Shown piece by piece: positions 61,557 through 64,000 of a stretch of DNA of 64,000 nt. The stretch covers positions 7,936,001 through 8,000,000 of the forward strand of contig CM102283.1 in NCBI GenBank assembly GCA_046563655.1, read 5' to 3'. Each line of letters opens with the position of its first letter. Position 1 is the first letter of the stretch. The notes below the pieces were generated by a model. It had not been told where the DNA came from and made no database searches. It was given only the letters and a program-made list of their open reading frames with translations. The stretch is from Yuukianura sp. NJ FZ-2021 (taxonomy: Eukaryota). The position numbers and the translations under genes were made by a program.

Positions 61557-63981
61557 TCACGTAAGAGGAACGACGCCTTCACGAAGTTTGACACAACAGT
61601 AAAATTTCTTCGGCATGTTTGTAATTCCACTCAAAAACGACTCCAGTGACAGTTCGGGATGATTCGGTGACGGTTCGAGTGTGTATCGCTGAAGTATTGT
61701 CGTAAAAAATCCAAACAGACTTGACTTCGCCATGTGCTTCCCAAGACAAATCCGTTTCCCTACGAATTTCAAGATTCAGCAATATCACTGTCCTCTTTTA
61801 AAACTCTATCGAAATATTTCGAAAAACTTTTTTGAAAACAAGGTTCGAAAATCTGGATGATCATAAATCTTACCTGCACCAAATGCGAGAAGTTTATTGT
61901 CTTTGAGCATGTTGTTATTTTCATCCAAAAATCGACTTGGTCGAAATTCGTCAGGATTTTCCCAAATCTTTTCGTCTTTATGCAGTTGCGTGAGGCTTAC
62001 AAAGGCAAAAGTGTCCTAAGAGGGCGGGAGAATTCAAAAAAAAAATCAAAATCAAAATTTGTAACCCATTTCTGTTTGAAAATGACAAAATCTTACTTTT
62101 GGAACAAAACTTCCGAAAATTTCAGTGTCTCTGACAGACGCTCGCATGACTGCCGGAGCGATATTGGCAAACCTGAAAGTTTCGAAACAGTGGAACAACC
62201 TTTACATTAAAAGTGTTTCTTTTTAGTTTTTTGACAAAAAATTAAATGACATCAAACTTTACCGAAGGACTTCCAAGATTGTTGCTTCTGTGTATGGCAT
62301 TCTGTAACACAATTAAAATCAAAACTAAAGTTAAATTAGCTGCAATTGATTCGTTTTAAAATATTTAATTACATTTATTAATTAATTGTTAATGTTATTA
62401 ATTAATGTTAACCTCAGTTTGTCACTGATGCAAGGCAGACGTTGCCTGCCAATGACGATGTCAATTTCCCGCTGAACTTCTTTTTGAATTTCGGGGTACT
62501 TGATCATGTACAACATGCAGAATTCTAAAGCGTTTGCGCTCGTGTCAGATCCAGCCAAAACCAAATCTGTACAACTTTGCATCAGTTGCTCATCTAAAAC
62601 AAAAAATGGTTGTTCAAACACGAAATTTTGAATTTTAGAACACACACACAAGTTGAGATTTTTTTTTCAAGTTCTACCCGTGTATACGTCTGTTTCAATT
62701 TGGTCGCGTCGGCATTCTTCAATTTTAAGCAAAAATTTGTCCACAAAATCCTTTTGCACTTCGAGGTATTCCCCAGTTTTTCTGCGTTTGGCAATCATTT
62801 CCTAAATTCAAAAGTTTTCATTAGTCAAAAAATGTTGACGTTTTTTTTCAAAATGTTGAAATTTACTCTGAATATGTCTCGGACTTGGCTAAACATTTGT
62901 ACGAGTTGATTTTGATTTGTGAGTCCTGGAATGTGACGCAAGAATGGAAATGCATACATCGGTTGTGTCGCAAGCGAAGTAGAACTGATTGCCGCCTCAA
63001 TGATCGGAACCAGTCGTTTCATTTCGGCATCTTCACAAGAAAATCGATTTCTGAAAATAAATTTATAACTGAAGTAATCGGCTAAAAGTGCTTTTGGTAT
63101 TACTAAAACAAAAAATAGTATAAAAATATAAAACTTTTTTTTTAATGTTTTACGCACCCACACATAGCCCTCCATAGCATGTTGAGAACTGGAAGGTTAA
63201 AGTACTGATGAAATGAAATTTCCGTTTTTGAATCGATTACAAATTGGTGAAATCGTTTCAAGAAATCGGTGAGTTCCTCTTGTAAAACGAGTTCAGTATT
63301 TTGTACTTCACCCAATCCAGATTCAATTAGAGACCGAATTGTAAATCGACGTGCTTTCTTCTGTGATTCTCCACGACTAAACAGAACTCCTGGAATTTAA
63401 GCAAAAACTTTAAAACGATTTTTTAAAACTTTTTTTGAAAAGATGCTTTTTGAAAATCTCACCAAGATTTTGGCTCATTGTCAACTCCAAGTACAGCGGT
63501 TGATTGGGGTAGCGTCCACTCCAGTCATCTGAAGTGAGTAGCTGTTTGGCCGTTTGGTAGTCTTCGATAAAAACTGAAAACGAGAAAGAAAAATTAAGGA
63601 AAGAAAATGGTTTTGAAGTTTATTTTCAAAAAGTTACAAGAATTTTACCGAAGTTTTGTACACCCGCTTTGAACCCCATGACAGGTCCATAGGTCTGGCA
63701 GAGTTTGCGCATAACCTCCGCATTTTTGGTGTTGATCGAATGGTAAGCTATTTGAATAGCGCTGCCAATAAATGGAAAACTCACCGGACCTGAAACAAAG
63801 ACAAGTTTACACAAAATTTTCACAACTTTGCAAAAAATGTCAAATTTTTCACAATTTGGTTAAAAATGTTAAATTTTTTGTTTTTACCGGGAAGTCGTTT
63901 CTGGTGAGGTTGTGTGAAGTACCACAGGAGAGATCCAAAGACGATCAGCGCAAGGACTTGGCATGTGTCTAACGGAATCAT
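61557..63981 (-). CDS. Cytochrome P450, CYP2 clan
   Basis: N-terminal anchor MIPLDTCQVLALIVFGSLLWYF followed by LPGP. I-helix AGSDTS, K-helix PYTEATILE, PDEFRPSRF and heme motif FGAGKRICLG. Confidence 0.9.
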
Positions 63982-64000
63982 TGTCACGCTAACTTTCGTC

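Noticed and set aside
1-64000. tRNA, rRNA or autonomous transposase/reverse transcriptase genes
   Set aside because: None recognised by eye or in the ORF track. Small ncRNAs such as intronic snoRNAs cannot be excluded without a covariance-model search.

Overview
AT-rich, intron-dense eukaryotic genomic DNA from an arthropod (springtail/Collembola-like by gene style; taxon is inference only). Left to right: the 3' end of a polycystin (PKD1L/PKDREJ-type) channel gene; a 59-bp minisatellite; nine CRAL-TRIO/SEC14-like paralogues in two tandem subclusters (3 + 6), separated by ATF4 (minus strand) and a Reeler-domain gene; two tandem catalases; a MOV10L1/Armitage RNA helicase; a PAM2 + zf-3CxxC protein; GBA2; a DUF2236/MpaB-like gene; a SERHL/kraken hydrolase; an LMW-PTP; PIGW; prolyl endopeptidase; and a CYP2-clan P450. 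Five small non-autonomous DNA transposons were read from inverted termini: four have target-site duplications (2 hAT-like, 2 Tc1/mariner/pogo-like) and one is degenerate. The most unusual signal is that normally cytosolic or peroxisomal families appear to have been routed to secretion here. All nine SEC14 proteins have signal-peptide-like N-termini, N-glycosylation sequons and an invariant CxxC. Both catalases have a signal-peptide exon and a remodelled substrate channel, and one has lost the catalytic Asn. Together they suggest an extracellular lipid-transport/redox gene neighbourhood. The ATF4 leader is also readable: two 3-codon uORFs, an intron-spanning overlapping uORF and an upstream ATF4-binding site. 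Exon boundaries were assigned by eye from GT-AG sites and reading frame; no database searches were run.
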